This document shows positions 9,051-20,200 of a stretch of 32,461 nucleotides of DNA, piece after piece. The stretch is from Octopus bimaculoides (lineage: Eukaryota). A program made the translations under genes and the position numbers. The stretch covers positions 39,345,576 to 39,378,036 of the forward strand of contig NC_068993.1 in assembly GCF_001194135.2 (NCBI RefSeq). The letters run 5' to 3'. The notes under the pieces were generated by a model. The model had not been told where the DNA came from and searched no databases. It was given only the letters and a program-made list of their open reading frames with translations. Each line of letters starts with the position of its first letter. Positions within the stretch are counted from its first letter, which is position 1.

Positions 9051-10114
9051 GTCTATATATTTTTTAAATAGGATTTACTCAGATTACATCACGTAACACT
9101 TTAGAATTCTCGTTTTTTCTNNNNNNNNNNTGTGGTTGGGAAGCAAACTTCTTACCATGCAGCCATACCTGTGTCTATATATTTTTTAAATAGGATTTAC
9201 TCAGATTACATCACGTAACACTTTAGAATTCTCGTTTTTTCTTTTTTTTTTTTTTGACAGACAATGTTCATTGCATGAAAAGAAGCATTACTGTTGAATA
9301 ATAAAATAAGAACATTTATAACAACAACAGTATCACTTACAGGAGAGACTAAATAGGTGTGTTGATAAGGAATTGGATTGCTTTCTCATGGGTCATAGGT
9401 TCAAAACTGCTACTGACATTCTGTTGTGTTTATGAACAAAACATATTTTTCTATATTATTTCAGTCAACTTAGCTGACAGGGAAAGGGAGCCTAATAATT
9501 TTAGGAATATTGTAGACTGGCATTTTATCCAGGATTATATATAACATTCACCCACTTCATATCATTAAATAGAACTACACATCAGTTTCAAAATTCTCAG
9601 GAGAGTTTGTGAGAGGTTTGTATTTAACAAGATCTATTATTGGTGAGGTAAAATAATAGATGGTCAATCAATGGGAATATTATCAGCTCAAATAGCTATA
9701 CGATGATAACAATAACGAAGTATGCATGGAATTGAAACTGAACTGGGACTTTTGGTCTTTGTCTTGAATTATATGCTGCTAGTGTTTAACTCCAAATTAA
9801 TCTTGGACAAACAAATTCTTGACCAAAGGTCTTCCAGTTGCTGTCTTCTGTTCTTTTATTTTCTCTGTATTGCATTATTTAATCTTCCCTTTAAAAAGGT
9901 GATATTGTGTGATTTGAGGTTGATGAGGCTGTTATTTCCAGTAGGGATCAGGTGACACTTTGTATTTCTTTTGTATACATGCTAGGTGCTGGGTAGAAAT
10001 AGTTCTGACAGTCAGTTTCTATCGTAGTTAAAGACTTTTATTTATTTAATTATTTTCAATCCAAGAATTCTTCCAGTGTTTCTCAATGTCAATATGAAAC
10101 AAAATAGCAAATAA

Positions 10115-10281
10115 CAGCAACAAATAATAATAATGATAATGATAATAATAATAATGATAATGATAATAATAATAATTATAATAATAGTAAAAATAATAAT
10201 AATAATTATAATAGTAAAAATTATAATAATAATTATAATAGTAAAAATAATAATAATAATAATAATAATAATCACAACCAT

Positions 10282-10313
<32 letters not shown>

Positions 10314-10458
10314 ATAGTAATAATAATAGTAGTAATAATAATAGTAGTAATAATAATAATAGTAATAATAATAATAGTAATAATAATATTAATAATAATA
10401 GATGATAATAATAATAATCACAACCATAAGTAGTAGTAATAATAATAATCACAACCAC

Positions 10459-10490
<32 letters not shown>

Positions 10491-10510
10491 ATAGTAATAA
10501 TAATAAAACT
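10115..10510. repeat. Compound (AAT)n/(AGT)n microsatellite with a repeated ATCACAACCAYAAGTAG spacer
   Basis: The spacer occurs three times (about 10270, 10417, 10447); source of the poly-I/L/N/S ORFs. Confidence 0.95.
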
Positions 10511-11499
10511 ATAAAAAAATAACAACAACGATAAAATGGAAATAGAGAAAAATTAGATTAATTCTTTTTTTTAACATCAGAATTGATTACTAATTCACCA
10601 GGGTTGTTATTTAAGTGTTTAAAACTGATATGTGAATTAAGTACTTTCTCTTGCTGTTGGCTAAATCTGGATTAAGTTAAACTCTTATCCCTCTGTTAAT
10701 ACTCAAGTGAAATTGAGGGACACAAGCAAACTCTTGATAACAGACCTCCATCTCTTTATTGTTTGACTGGTTTGCGATAAAGTTATCAGACGAATGGTCT
10801 TTTTTTATTTTGTTTTGCAACACTATTATTATTAGTCCTTGTGTTGTTGGTTTTTTCTTTTCTTTTCTAAATTTCTTTTAAAATATTCCATCTTGACAAG
10901 TATTTTGGTTACTATCACTGATTATGTTTCAAGAACGTTCTTCCTGCTTGTTCTAATGATAACGGTTTTCAGTATTGGAATAAAATTATGTTAAGATAAC
11001 TGCAGATCAAAATTATTCTAAACAGTGTGTATAAATTAAAATGCATACTAGATGCATAAAGAAACAAATCAAAATTACTATTCTTGATTTTACAAAATCC
11101 CTGTTTCAAATCCAAGAATCTCTTTTATAGATTATCTAAGTCCTTTACTGATCTTTGGCTTTCCAATTAGCAAATTTCTGGATCAAAATTTGTGATACGA
11201 TTCTTTTATGTTGTTGTTTTACAAAATCAAATACAAAATCTTAGATTCTTGTGAAATTCTATCAAAAGTGATATCCTGGGTTTCCGCAACATTAATCTAT
11301 GTACTCTATTATTCATATGGACAAGGAATTTACACATGTTGGTCTTGGCATAGACAAGATTTTCTTTTAGGAAGACTTATTGCTGCCCATGCATACAAGT
11401 CCCTTCACTTGATATTGCTCATATTCATCCAAGGGCAAGACTGTTTAAAAGGGCTAATAAAGCTGGTCATTGCTGTCTGAACGTACCAAAAGTACTGAA

Positions 11500-11710
11500 A
11501 GCAATGACCTAGGATGGATACCACAAGGCATTTAGTTCTACCTTCTAATATTTTTGTCAATCCACTTACCAAGATTGGTACGTTGGTACATTTTTATCAA
11601 CCCTGAAAGGAGTAAAGGTAAAATTGATTTTGGCAGGGTTTGAACACAGAACAAAGAGAATCTGATCAAATATTGTAAAGCAATTTATCCAACTTTCTAG
11701 CAACTACCAA
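11500..11710 (-). mobile_element. Old, degenerate SINE family B copy
   Basis: CACAAGGC..TTTATCAACCCTGAAAGG..AAAGGTAAAATTGATTTTGGCAGGGTTTGAACACAGAAC, a diverged match to family B. Confidence 0.6.
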
Positions 11711-11779
11711 TTCATTGTCTTTGGACATTGTTCTATTCAAAACTCGTGTCTTTTTGTCCACCCAAAATAGTGTGCATGA

Positions 11780-12195
11780 TCATTGCCAGAGCAGCTGACT
11801 GGCTTCCGTGCTGGTGGCATGCAAAGTGCACCATTCCAGTGTGATTGTTACCAGCATTGCCTTACTGGCACTTGTGCCGGTGGCACGTGAAAAACATTTG
11901 AGTGAGGTCGTTGCCAGTGCCGCTAGACTGGCTCCTGTGCAGGTGACATGTAAAAAACACCACTTTGAGCATGGCTGCTGCCAGTACCGCCTGACTGGCC
12001 CTCGTGCCGGTGGCATGTAAAAGCACCAACTACACTTACGGAGTGGTTGGCATTAGGAAGGGCATCTAGCTGTAGAAACTCTGCCAGATCAGATTGGAGC
12101 CTGGTGCAGCCATCTGGTTCGCCAATCCTCAGTCAAATCGTCCAACCCATGCTAGTATGGAAAGTGGACGTTAAATGATAATTATGATGATTGAT
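11780..12195 (+). mobile_element. (GAT)n-tailed retroposon with four internal ~65-bp repeats
   Basis: GTGGCATGTAAAAGCACC-like box at about 11815, 11880, 11943 and 12010, then GGAGTGGTTGGCATTAGGAAGGGCATC and an ATG/GAT tail. Confidence 0.8.
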
Positions 12196-12599
12196 GAAAT
12201 GCTCTAGTGAACTTCTTTCTTCTGCTGAAATCTTCGCTCTACGAGATCAGAGCCAATACTTCAAGATCAGTGTCATCCTAATTATTAAAGCATAGCTTCT
12301 TGCATTAACTTATTGTATGAAATATATTGTGGAAAATTAACTTTCATAGCACACTACCTGCAGTGAGACTCAACCTTATATCTTTCCTATTATTCTAATA
12401 GTCAAAACTTTATGCTTTTCTCCTTCATAACAATGATTTTCCTTACACATAATCAGAATGTTAACATTAGCAAAAATCTCATTCTTAGCACAGTCTTGAT
12501 TGGAATATCGTGACTAAAGTGATAAGACATCATTACAGTTTTCTTAAAGCAATTCCTTGTTTAAAAAAATGTCTATTTATAGTAGTGTACTCTCAGAAA

Positions 12600-12900
12600 A
12601 TTCAGTAGTTAGAACACCAGGCTTACAATCAGGAGTTTGTGAGTTCAGTTCCCAGACTGAGCTGTTTGTTGCTTTCTTGAGCAAGGCACTTTGTTTCACG
12701 TTGCTTCAGTTCACTCAGCTGTAGAAATGAGTTGCAACATCACTGGTGCCAAGCTGTATCAGCCTTTGCTTTTCCCTTGGATAACATCAGTGATATGGCC
12801 AGGGAAGACTGGTCTTCCACAACAACCTTGTCTGGACTTGTGTCTCAGAGGGGAACTTTTTTAAGTGCAACCCCATGGTCATTTGTGATGAAAGTGGGGT
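12600..12900 (+). mobile_element. tRNA-derived SINE with CORE-like segment
   Basis: AGTAGTTAGAAC (A-box-like), GAGTTCAGTTCCC (B-box-like), CTTGAGCAAGGCACTT (CORE-like). Confidence 0.65.
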
Positions 12901-12944
12901 GTCTCTTTACTCTCAGAAAGATTAAACATATGTCTCTATCTTTT

Positions 12945-13340
12945 GCCTTTGGTTTGTTTCATTTGTTGGACTGTAGCCATGCTGGGGCACCTCTTTGAAG
13001 GGTTCAATCAAATTTTAGTCAAACAAATTGATAACAATAATTATTTTAAAGTCTGGTAGTTATTTTATCTGTTTCTTTAGCCAAAGTTGTGGGAACATAA
13101 ACAAACCAACACCAGTTGACAAGTGGTGTTGAAGGAAAAACACAAACACAAAGATAGAGCCACACACACACACACGCGCGCACGCACACACATGTATATG
13201 ATGGTTTTTTTTTTACTAAATTCATGCAGAAAGACATTGGTTGTCATGAGGCTATAGTAGAAGGTGTCACACAGTGGGACTGAACCCAGAACTGTGTACT
13301 TGAAAAGTAAGCTATTTAACCACATAGCCATACCTGTGTC
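12945..13340 (-). mobile_element. Degenerate CORE-type SINE with internal (CA)n
   Basis: Same module order as 1902-2411: GCCATGCTGGGGCAC, (CA)n, GAGGCTATAGTAGAAGG..CAGTGGGACTGAACCC. Confidence 0.7.
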
Positions 13341-13763
13341 AACTGCCATACCTGGTGCCGACCACCATACATGTGCCTCTTGCCATACCTGCTTATAAAG
13401 AAAGAAAAAAGAAACTTCCTTTATAAAGAGATACATGAGTAAAATAATTTTCATAATCATCAATTGAAGAAAATTATTTGAATTTCCAAAATCTGTTTAG
13501 GAAATATCAAGTAAAATGAACAGGAGGTATCCCCTTGATGTACCTTGAAATAAAAACAATCACCTATGAACATTATGTGTATTGACCGTAAGTTAAAGGG
13601 CCTGGCCATTCTCATTCCACTTCAAGTTATAGACCACAGCCAGAAGTAGAATATTAAGGGTCAAAGTGAAATACAAACATTCTGAAGTAAATCACCGATA
13701 AAAATTATTCTGAGGCACCATCTGCATGAGATCCAATATTTGAGTCGGTGTTAGCATCTTTAA

Positions 13764-13983
13764 CCCTTTAGCATTTAAACTGACCATATCCAGCCAAAAT
13801 ATTCTAGCCATTTTATGTTCAAACTGGTCATGTCCAACCCATTGCACCTATCCAACAATGTCATTCTAGAAATAAACAATCACATCATTGAAATATCAAA
13901 TCCACAAGATAATGCATGATTAATTCGAAACAATTTGAATAAATAAGCATTACATTTGATAAAGTAGTTTGAATGCTAAGGGG
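13764..13983. mobile_element. piggyBac-type MITE, 220 bp
   Basis: TTAA|CCCTTTAGCATTTAAAC ... GTTTGAATGCTAAGGGG|TCAA: inverted termini with a TTAA target, degenerate on the right. Confidence 0.8.
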
Positions 13984-14714
13984 TCAATTAATTAAGTATC
14001 CAGAAGTTCAGTTTAAAATAATTTATGAGGTAAAAAAAAAACACTGGCCTTTGCTCAGTGACTAATGTCATATTGATTTCTGTCAGCTTAAAGATAACTC
14101 TAGGTGTACTTTGACTTTATAAGACATCATCAGTAAAGTATAGCATTTATTGTAATTGCTGAAGTAATGAGAAGAGAATTCCCAAGTTGATGCAAGACAT
14201 TGTACATTTGAAGGGATTGAAATTTATTATATTTAATCCCTAATTTTGTATCCTTTAAGTGTTTAATTTCTGAAGAAGTAGTAGAAGCACTGTCATGTGT
14301 GGAGTCTGATTTGAGGTAGATTTGGCTGTTATTTTTAACAGGAAAAGCATCCTTGTAGAGGTTCCTTTGTATTCTGTTTAGCCCCAGACAACCTTTGATT
14401 AAAGTTGATTCTACCATAATCATCCCAGCTTTTTTCTTGTCAAACATAAGTTATTGATTACATTATACAATATGTCCTGTATTTTATAAAAGTAAAAAAA
14501 GAAAAAAAAAAAAGGAAAAATGCCAGCTTTGTGATTCATTTAAAATCAATTTTATAAAAGCAGTTGTATGTAATAGGTCGAAGATTTAGCTATTAGTAAA
14601 AGATCAAATAACTGCACAAAGGCCTCCATCTAAATGCTCTCTGGATGCTAGGTTTCATTGCTACCCAGAATTAAACCTTGTACACCTGGTGACAGAATAT
14701 GAATAGATGACAAG

Positions 14715-15375
14715 TGACCGAGACCTTTATTGATATGCTGTGCTTGAGAAGAGCTTTCAAGCAAAGTGAAATCGCAGTTGTGGCTGATGCCAGTGTTGCA
14801 TAATTAGCACTTGTGCAAGTGGCATGTAAAAGCACCCTTCAAACGTTGGGCGATATGTGGAGCTTGATAAGACCCCTCAAGCCAAGTGAAATTGTAGACA
14901 TGGTTGATACCAGTGTCACGCAACTGGCACTTGTGCTGGTGGCAGCATGTAAAAAGCTCTCTTTGAACATTGGGTAATATGCAGTGCTGGAGAAGACTCA
15001 TCAAGCCAAGTGAAATCGTAGTTGTGGTTCATGTGAGTGGCACATAAAAGGCACCCTTTGAACACTGGGCCTCTAAGAAGCAGTGACAAGTGACCAAAAG
15101 CTTGGGTGATATACCATCAAGCCAAGTGAGATTGTAGTCGTGGCCGATGCTGGTGTTTTTTAACTGGCATCCATGCCGGTGGCACATAAAAAGCACCCAC
15201 TACTCTCTCTTGGAGTGGTTGGTGATAGGAAGGGCATCCAGCTGTAGAAACCATACCAAATCAGATTGGAACCTGGTGCAACTCCCCAGCTTACCAGTTT
15301 TCAGTCGAACCATCCATTCCATGCCAGTATGGAAAACTGATGTTAAATGATGACGATGATGATGATGATTATGGT
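14715..15375 (+). mobile_element. (GAT)n-tailed retroposon with four ~120-bp tandem internal units
   Basis: CAAGCCAAGTGAAAT-like unit starts at 14758, 14878, 15002 and 15118; ends GGAGTGGTTGGTGATAGGAAGGGCATCCAGC...(GAT)n. Confidence 0.8.
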
Positions 15376-15574
15376 GATGATGGCTTCATCACTGATGGTC
15401 CTGTGCTTTGTGAATGTAACAGTTTGTGGACCATACAATTTCACTGGTGTGGTTTGAACACCAAACCCCTCAGTTAAGAGGTCAATATACATTATCGGAT
15501 AATGTGATTCAGTTTAATTGTTTATTTAAAATTTAAGCTGTTTATTGAAAGATATTTCTCAGAGTTGATAGGTT

Positions 15575-16025
15575 TTGTGTGAGTATGTGTGTGTGTGTGT
15601 GTGTGTATTTGTGTAAGTATTTGTATATTTGTATGTGTGTGTGTATCTGTATTTGTGTGTGTATTTACAGTTGTGTATGTGACTATTTGCATTTGTGTAA
15701 GTATGTGCGTATGCTATGAGTGATATGGTTGGACGTTATATTTGTTTATTGTTGCATGTATGTGCGTTTTGTTTGGAAATCAGTGTATTTTCTGTCTGCG
15801 TATGTGTATATGTTTATGCTTGTGAGATGGATAGATAGATAGAGAGAGAGAGAGAGAAAGATAAAGAGAGACAGAGAGGGAGAGAGATAGAAAGAGGCAT
15901 AGTAAAAAAAGAAGAGGAAGAGAGATAGAGAAAGAGACACCGAGAGAGGGAGAAAGAGAAATTAGGAAACTTAAAAATAATGAAATGAAAGACTAAGAGA
16001 ACAGAAAGTGAAACAGTAGTGGGAG

Positions 16026-16110
<85 letters not shown>
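15575..16110. repeat. (GT)n, (GA)n and long perfect (GT)n microsatellites
   Basis: Direct reading. Confidence 0.95.
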
Positions 16111-16112
<2 letters not shown>

Positions 16113-17375
16113 GGGAGAAGGGGATCAGTGTTTTGAACAGCTTGTATTTTGTTTTATTTCTGATCCTGCAAACAATTTGTTGAGGTGAGGTGAAAGGTCA
16201 GAATATCTAAATATTTAAGACATTGATTTATGCTTCTTCATTAGGGGTAAATCTATCTTGGAACACAGGCAATTTGCAAAGAACAAGAACTTAATAGTTT
16301 GAATTCTTTTGTCTGATTTGCTCTCCTCTGTCTGTCTGTCTTTCTGTTTGCCTGTATGATTGTCAGTCAGTCTCTATCACTGCTTCTCTATTTCTCCGTC
16401 CGTCTGTCCGTCTGTCTGTCTGTATTTCTATCTCTCTCTCTTTCTCTCTCACCATCTGTGGTTTATGGCTACAACATACCAAGGGGTCCAGTGGAAATGG
16501 ATTTACCATGTGGTTAGTTAAAGGTCAGCTGATTCTGGTTTGTAAAATTCTCAGCAAACCTCAATCCCTCTTCCTCTCTCCCTTACACACACACACGCAC
16601 ACAAACACACACATGTATATAGTATATACACATACACACAGAAAAAAAAATGTGAAAATGCCAATATGTATTTACTTAACAAGATGCTGTAGAAAGATTT
16701 AGCTGAGCAGAACCAAGATGTCTTGTTCAAAGTATTAGGACCACTTTAATTGAAATACCAAATGTTTTGGTCAGTATTTGCTAAATAATCAAAAAATTTA
16801 CTGTCTGTGGTGCTGAAGAACAGACAAAGAATGGGTAAATAAATGGAATTCTAACTCTTTCCCATCTGTAGTCTTCTTCCACTTCCTCTACCCCTTCCTC
16901 TTTCTCATCCTTCTCCTCTTTAACTGTTTCTGTGTATAGTTGCCTTCAATACAGTTTAATAAATAACATTGGATTAATGGAAGGTTTGGTAAACAGAAAG
17001 ATGCCATGCTGTTTGTTTAACTAACCATACATCCATTACAAAAGAGACTTCTTTGAACAGTGGAAAACAGAACATAGAAATAAATATTGGTTTATTGAAG
17101 GAAATATTGAATTTGAAACAATAATGGTAAAAAGAAACGATAAATCCCTAAAATTATATTTATATTAAATTGGATATCATTAAATCACAGAAATTTTATG
17201 TCAAATTTGACATCACTAAATTCTCACTTTATATATTCTGCATGATAGATTCAAAGCAAATATTACTAGAGACTTCTTTTGTTATCATATTGAATTTGAT
17301 ACCATTAAAATAAATATCATCGTTTTTTTTTTATTGATATCCCACACATTTGACATCCACCCATCAGTTCTTTTA

Positions 17376-17414
<39 letters not shown>

Positions 17415-17760
17415 CATTCAGTGAGAAATCATAGACTTTGCAACACAATATGATAATAGAATGGATATCAAAAAAATTGAGAAATATCAGGATCTCACCA
17501 GAAAGATGAAGCTATTGTATTTCGTTCACTACAATGATAATTGCTCCCGTGGTAATTGGAGCATTTGGCACAACACCCAACATTTAATAACAATGCTACC
17601 TAATAGGAGGAACCATACTGGAATAAGAACCACATGGTCAGCCTGTGGAAAAATTCTATTTTACATACTGTAAAATTCCCAAGAAAGATTCTTTGAGATT
17701 TGAGGAGACTTGTTGTCACCAAACTTCATGACAACACTACTGCTAACTAATGTAGCATGT
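17415..17760 (+). mobile_element. R4/Dong-type non-LTR retrotransposon 3' end (RLE endonuclease remnant plus 3' UTR)
   Basis: EIIDFATQYDNRMDIKKIEKYQDL and IAPVVIGAFGT match the RLE pattern IID.A.P.D....KE.EK..KYQDL...VPVV.GALG. It directly follows an (AAT)n run, the known Dong target. Confidence 0.75.
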
Positions 17761-17869
17761 AACAGCTTTAATGATGATGACGACGATGACGACGATGACA
17801 ACGATGATGACGATGATGATGATGTTGAAGGCGATGATGATGATGATAAATAATACTGTACGTGCTTGG

Positions 17870-18058
17870 CCTGAAATATTTAGGGAGGAGGATAGTGGAC
17901 TTTATCGATTCCAGTTTTTGACAGTTACTTATTTCATTGACCTCAAGAAAATGAAAGGCAAAGTCAATCTAGGGGGAATTTGAACACAGAACACAGAGGT
18001 AAAGGAAATTCTGCTCACCATTTTGTGTTGCACAGTAACGATTCTGCTAGCATGCCAC
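17870..18058 (-). mobile_element. Degenerate SINE family B copy
   Basis: AAATGAAAGGCAAAGTCAATCTAGGGGGAATTTGAACACAGAAC. Confidence 0.7.
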
Positions 18059-18059
18059 C

Positions 18060-18090
<31 letters not shown>

Positions 18091-18235
18091 GATGAAGAAG
18101 AAGAATTAGATGAAGAACCTGAAACCACTGCCATGGAAAAATCAGTGCTTCAGCTGTATGTGTGTACATGTACAAGGGAAGTATGTGAATGTATGTGAAC
18201 ATTGACAAGTGTATTAATTTGATTTACCATCCATA

Positions 18236-18290
18236 TTTATATATAAAATGCTACAATTAGCTGCCATGTTTGAAGGCATGGGGCCAGCTA
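18236..18290 (+). mobile_element. Miniature Helitron-like element (55 bp)
   Basis: A|TTTATATATAAAA start, hairpin CCATG-TTTGAAGG-CATGG (18264-18281), CTAG end, then T; no TSD. Confidence 0.45.
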
Positions 18291-18319
18291 GTAATAATAA
18301 TAATAATAATAATAACAAT

Positions 18320-19200
18320 AATCTGTGATACTGTGATTGAAATAAGGGTCTACTTAACCTCTGGGTGTAAAGTTTTAGCACTAGTAAAACATAAATCAAG
18401 ACATGACAGAGTTGGTCAATATCTACATTGGTTAATATGTTGGCATTATAAAATCAGAACTGTTGACAAGTGGTATAAGCATCAAGCCTGAGGAAGAAAA
18501 CATAATGTTTCTTTGGGACTTTCCTGTACACACAGACATAACTATGAAAGCTAATAAACTGGATATTATCGTAAAATACCAAAAACAATAAAGTTTGTTT
18601 ATTGATTGACACATGAGCATCCCTTGTGATTATAATACTGAACCAAAAAAGTATCTTAACCCTCTCCCCGCCAAAAAAAGTGACTTCTCAAGGCAGTTAC
18701 AATACCAGTGACTGCAGGAGCACTTGGAATGATAAAAAAGAAACTGAAAATTATTTGAGAATGATTCCTGACCTACCATCCATGTAAGAAGTGCAAAAGA
18801 TTGTTTTAACTAGTACTTTACACATATCTTTTCTCCTCGAGGCACAAGGCTCGAAATTTGGTGGGAGGGGTGGCCAATCGATTAGATCGACCCCAGTACG
18901 CAAATGGCACTTAATTTATCGACCCTGAAAAGATGAAAGGCAAAGTCGACCTCGGCGGAATTTGAACTCAGAACGTAAAGACAGACGAAAGTACGTCACA
19001 CATATTCTTTTCTACTCTCGGCACAAGGCCCAAAATTTTGGGAGAGGGGGCCAGTCGATTAAATCGACTCCAGTGCGCAACTAGTACTTAATTTATCGAC
19101 CCCGAAAGGATGAAAGACAAAGTCGACCTCGACGGAATTTGAACTCAGAACGTAAAGACAGACAAAAGTGCGTTACACATTTTGAGAAGAGCATTAGTGC
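18320..19200 (+). mobile_element. R4/Dong-type non-LTR retrotransposon C-terminal pseudogene (zinc knuckle plus RLE), interrupted by a duplicated SINE
   Basis: GCKVLA..KSRHDRVGQYLHWLICWHY..KWYKH; FLWDFPVHTDITMKANKLDII; LID.SIPCDYN; VTAGALGMI; EVQKIVLTST.HILRRAL, whose last codons lie after the SINE pair. Preceded by (TAA)n. Confidence 0.85.
18826..19166 (-). mobile_element. Two tandem 5'-truncated SINE family B copies (~178-bp unit)
   Basis: Both copies end at the same GACRAA position and are separated and flanked by AGTAC.T.ACACAT-like 14-mers. Confidence 0.85.
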
Positions 19201-19404
19201 TGTGAGAACGATAACCTATCATCGAAATAATCTTTTTTCTACATAATTTTATTTGATTTTGAAAATGAATAGCTTGGTGTATTTGTTTTAATGGCCTATC
19301 AATGTATACTGTGAGTTCCGTTGTCCTAGGTGTTGGGAAGATGCTCGGCAAGAAATGGAATCGAAATTGAAGAAAGAAGAAAAACTCATAATAATAATTT
19401 TAAA

Positions 19405-19835
19405 TTTTGGCACAAGGCCAGCAATATCGGGGAGGTGTGTAATAAATCGATTTCATCGGTCCAGGTATTCAACTGGTAATTATTTTATCAAACTCGAAAG
19501 GACGAAAAGCAAAGTCGACCTCGGCAGAATTTGAACTCAGAACGTAAAAACGGACGAAATGCCGCTAAGCATTTCGTCCGGCGTGCTAACGATTTTGCCA
19601 GCTCACCGCCTTAATGATAATAATCCTCTCTAGTAAAGGCACAAGACGTGCAATTTTGAGGGGAGGGCGCTAGTCGATTACATCGACCTAAGTGTGTAAT
19701 TGGTAATTATTTCAACTACCCCGAAAGGATGAAAGGCAAAGTCAAACTTGACGGAATTTGAACTCAGATCGTACAGACGGACGAAATACTGCTAGGCATT
19801 TTGCCCTGCGCGCTAACGATTCGGCCAGCTTCCCC
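19405..19835 (-). mobile_element. Two near full-length SINE family B copies, head-to-tail (19405-19612, 19625-19835)
   Basis: Heads read GGCGGTGAGCTGGCAAAATCGTTAGC (A-box) and TTCTGAGTTCAAATTC (B-box) on the minus strand. Confidence 0.9.
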
Positions 19836-20049
19836 ACTTTCTAATAACAATAATAATAATAATAATAATAATAATACCAACAGCAGCAGCAGTACCAGCA
19901 ACAACAACATCAACAATAAACACCTAATAATCTAAAACAACGCAACTCACGCAGAGTGCACTATTGTAGATTAACACCCAATAAAATAACAAGCCATGTT
20001 ACATATATCACAGTCAACAACAGAATACATGCTAATATAACAGGGAAGG

Positions 20050-20200
20050 AAGGTGGCGAGCTGGCAGAATCGTTTATGAACTGAGTTCAAATCTCGCTGA
20101 TGTCAACACTGCATTTTATCCCATTGGAGTCAAAATATAGTACCTCTCAAGTACTGGGGTCGATGTAATCAACTCACCATCTCAAAATTACTGGTCTTGG
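20050..20200 (+). mobile_element. SINE family B copy with internal deletion
   Basis: GGTGGCGAGCTGGCAGAATCG..CTGAGTTCAAATC..GGGGTCGATGTAATC. Confidence 0.8.

Noticed and set aside
9260-9544. Splice-like sites on both strands around 9260-9540 and 13500-13590
   Set aside because: All frames hit stops quickly and no consistent exon chain emerges.
10042-10458. Long ORFs of poly-I/L/N/S/Y (also 24596-24988, 25354-25977, 29387-29611)
   Set aside because: Translations of AAT/AGT/ATT microsatellites, which lack stops in some frames.
11780-15200. CRISPR-like repeat-spacer pattern in the 65-bp and 120-bp arrays
   Set aside because: Eukaryotic context, degenerate repeats, spacers related to each other, no cas genes; these are retroposon-internal repeats.
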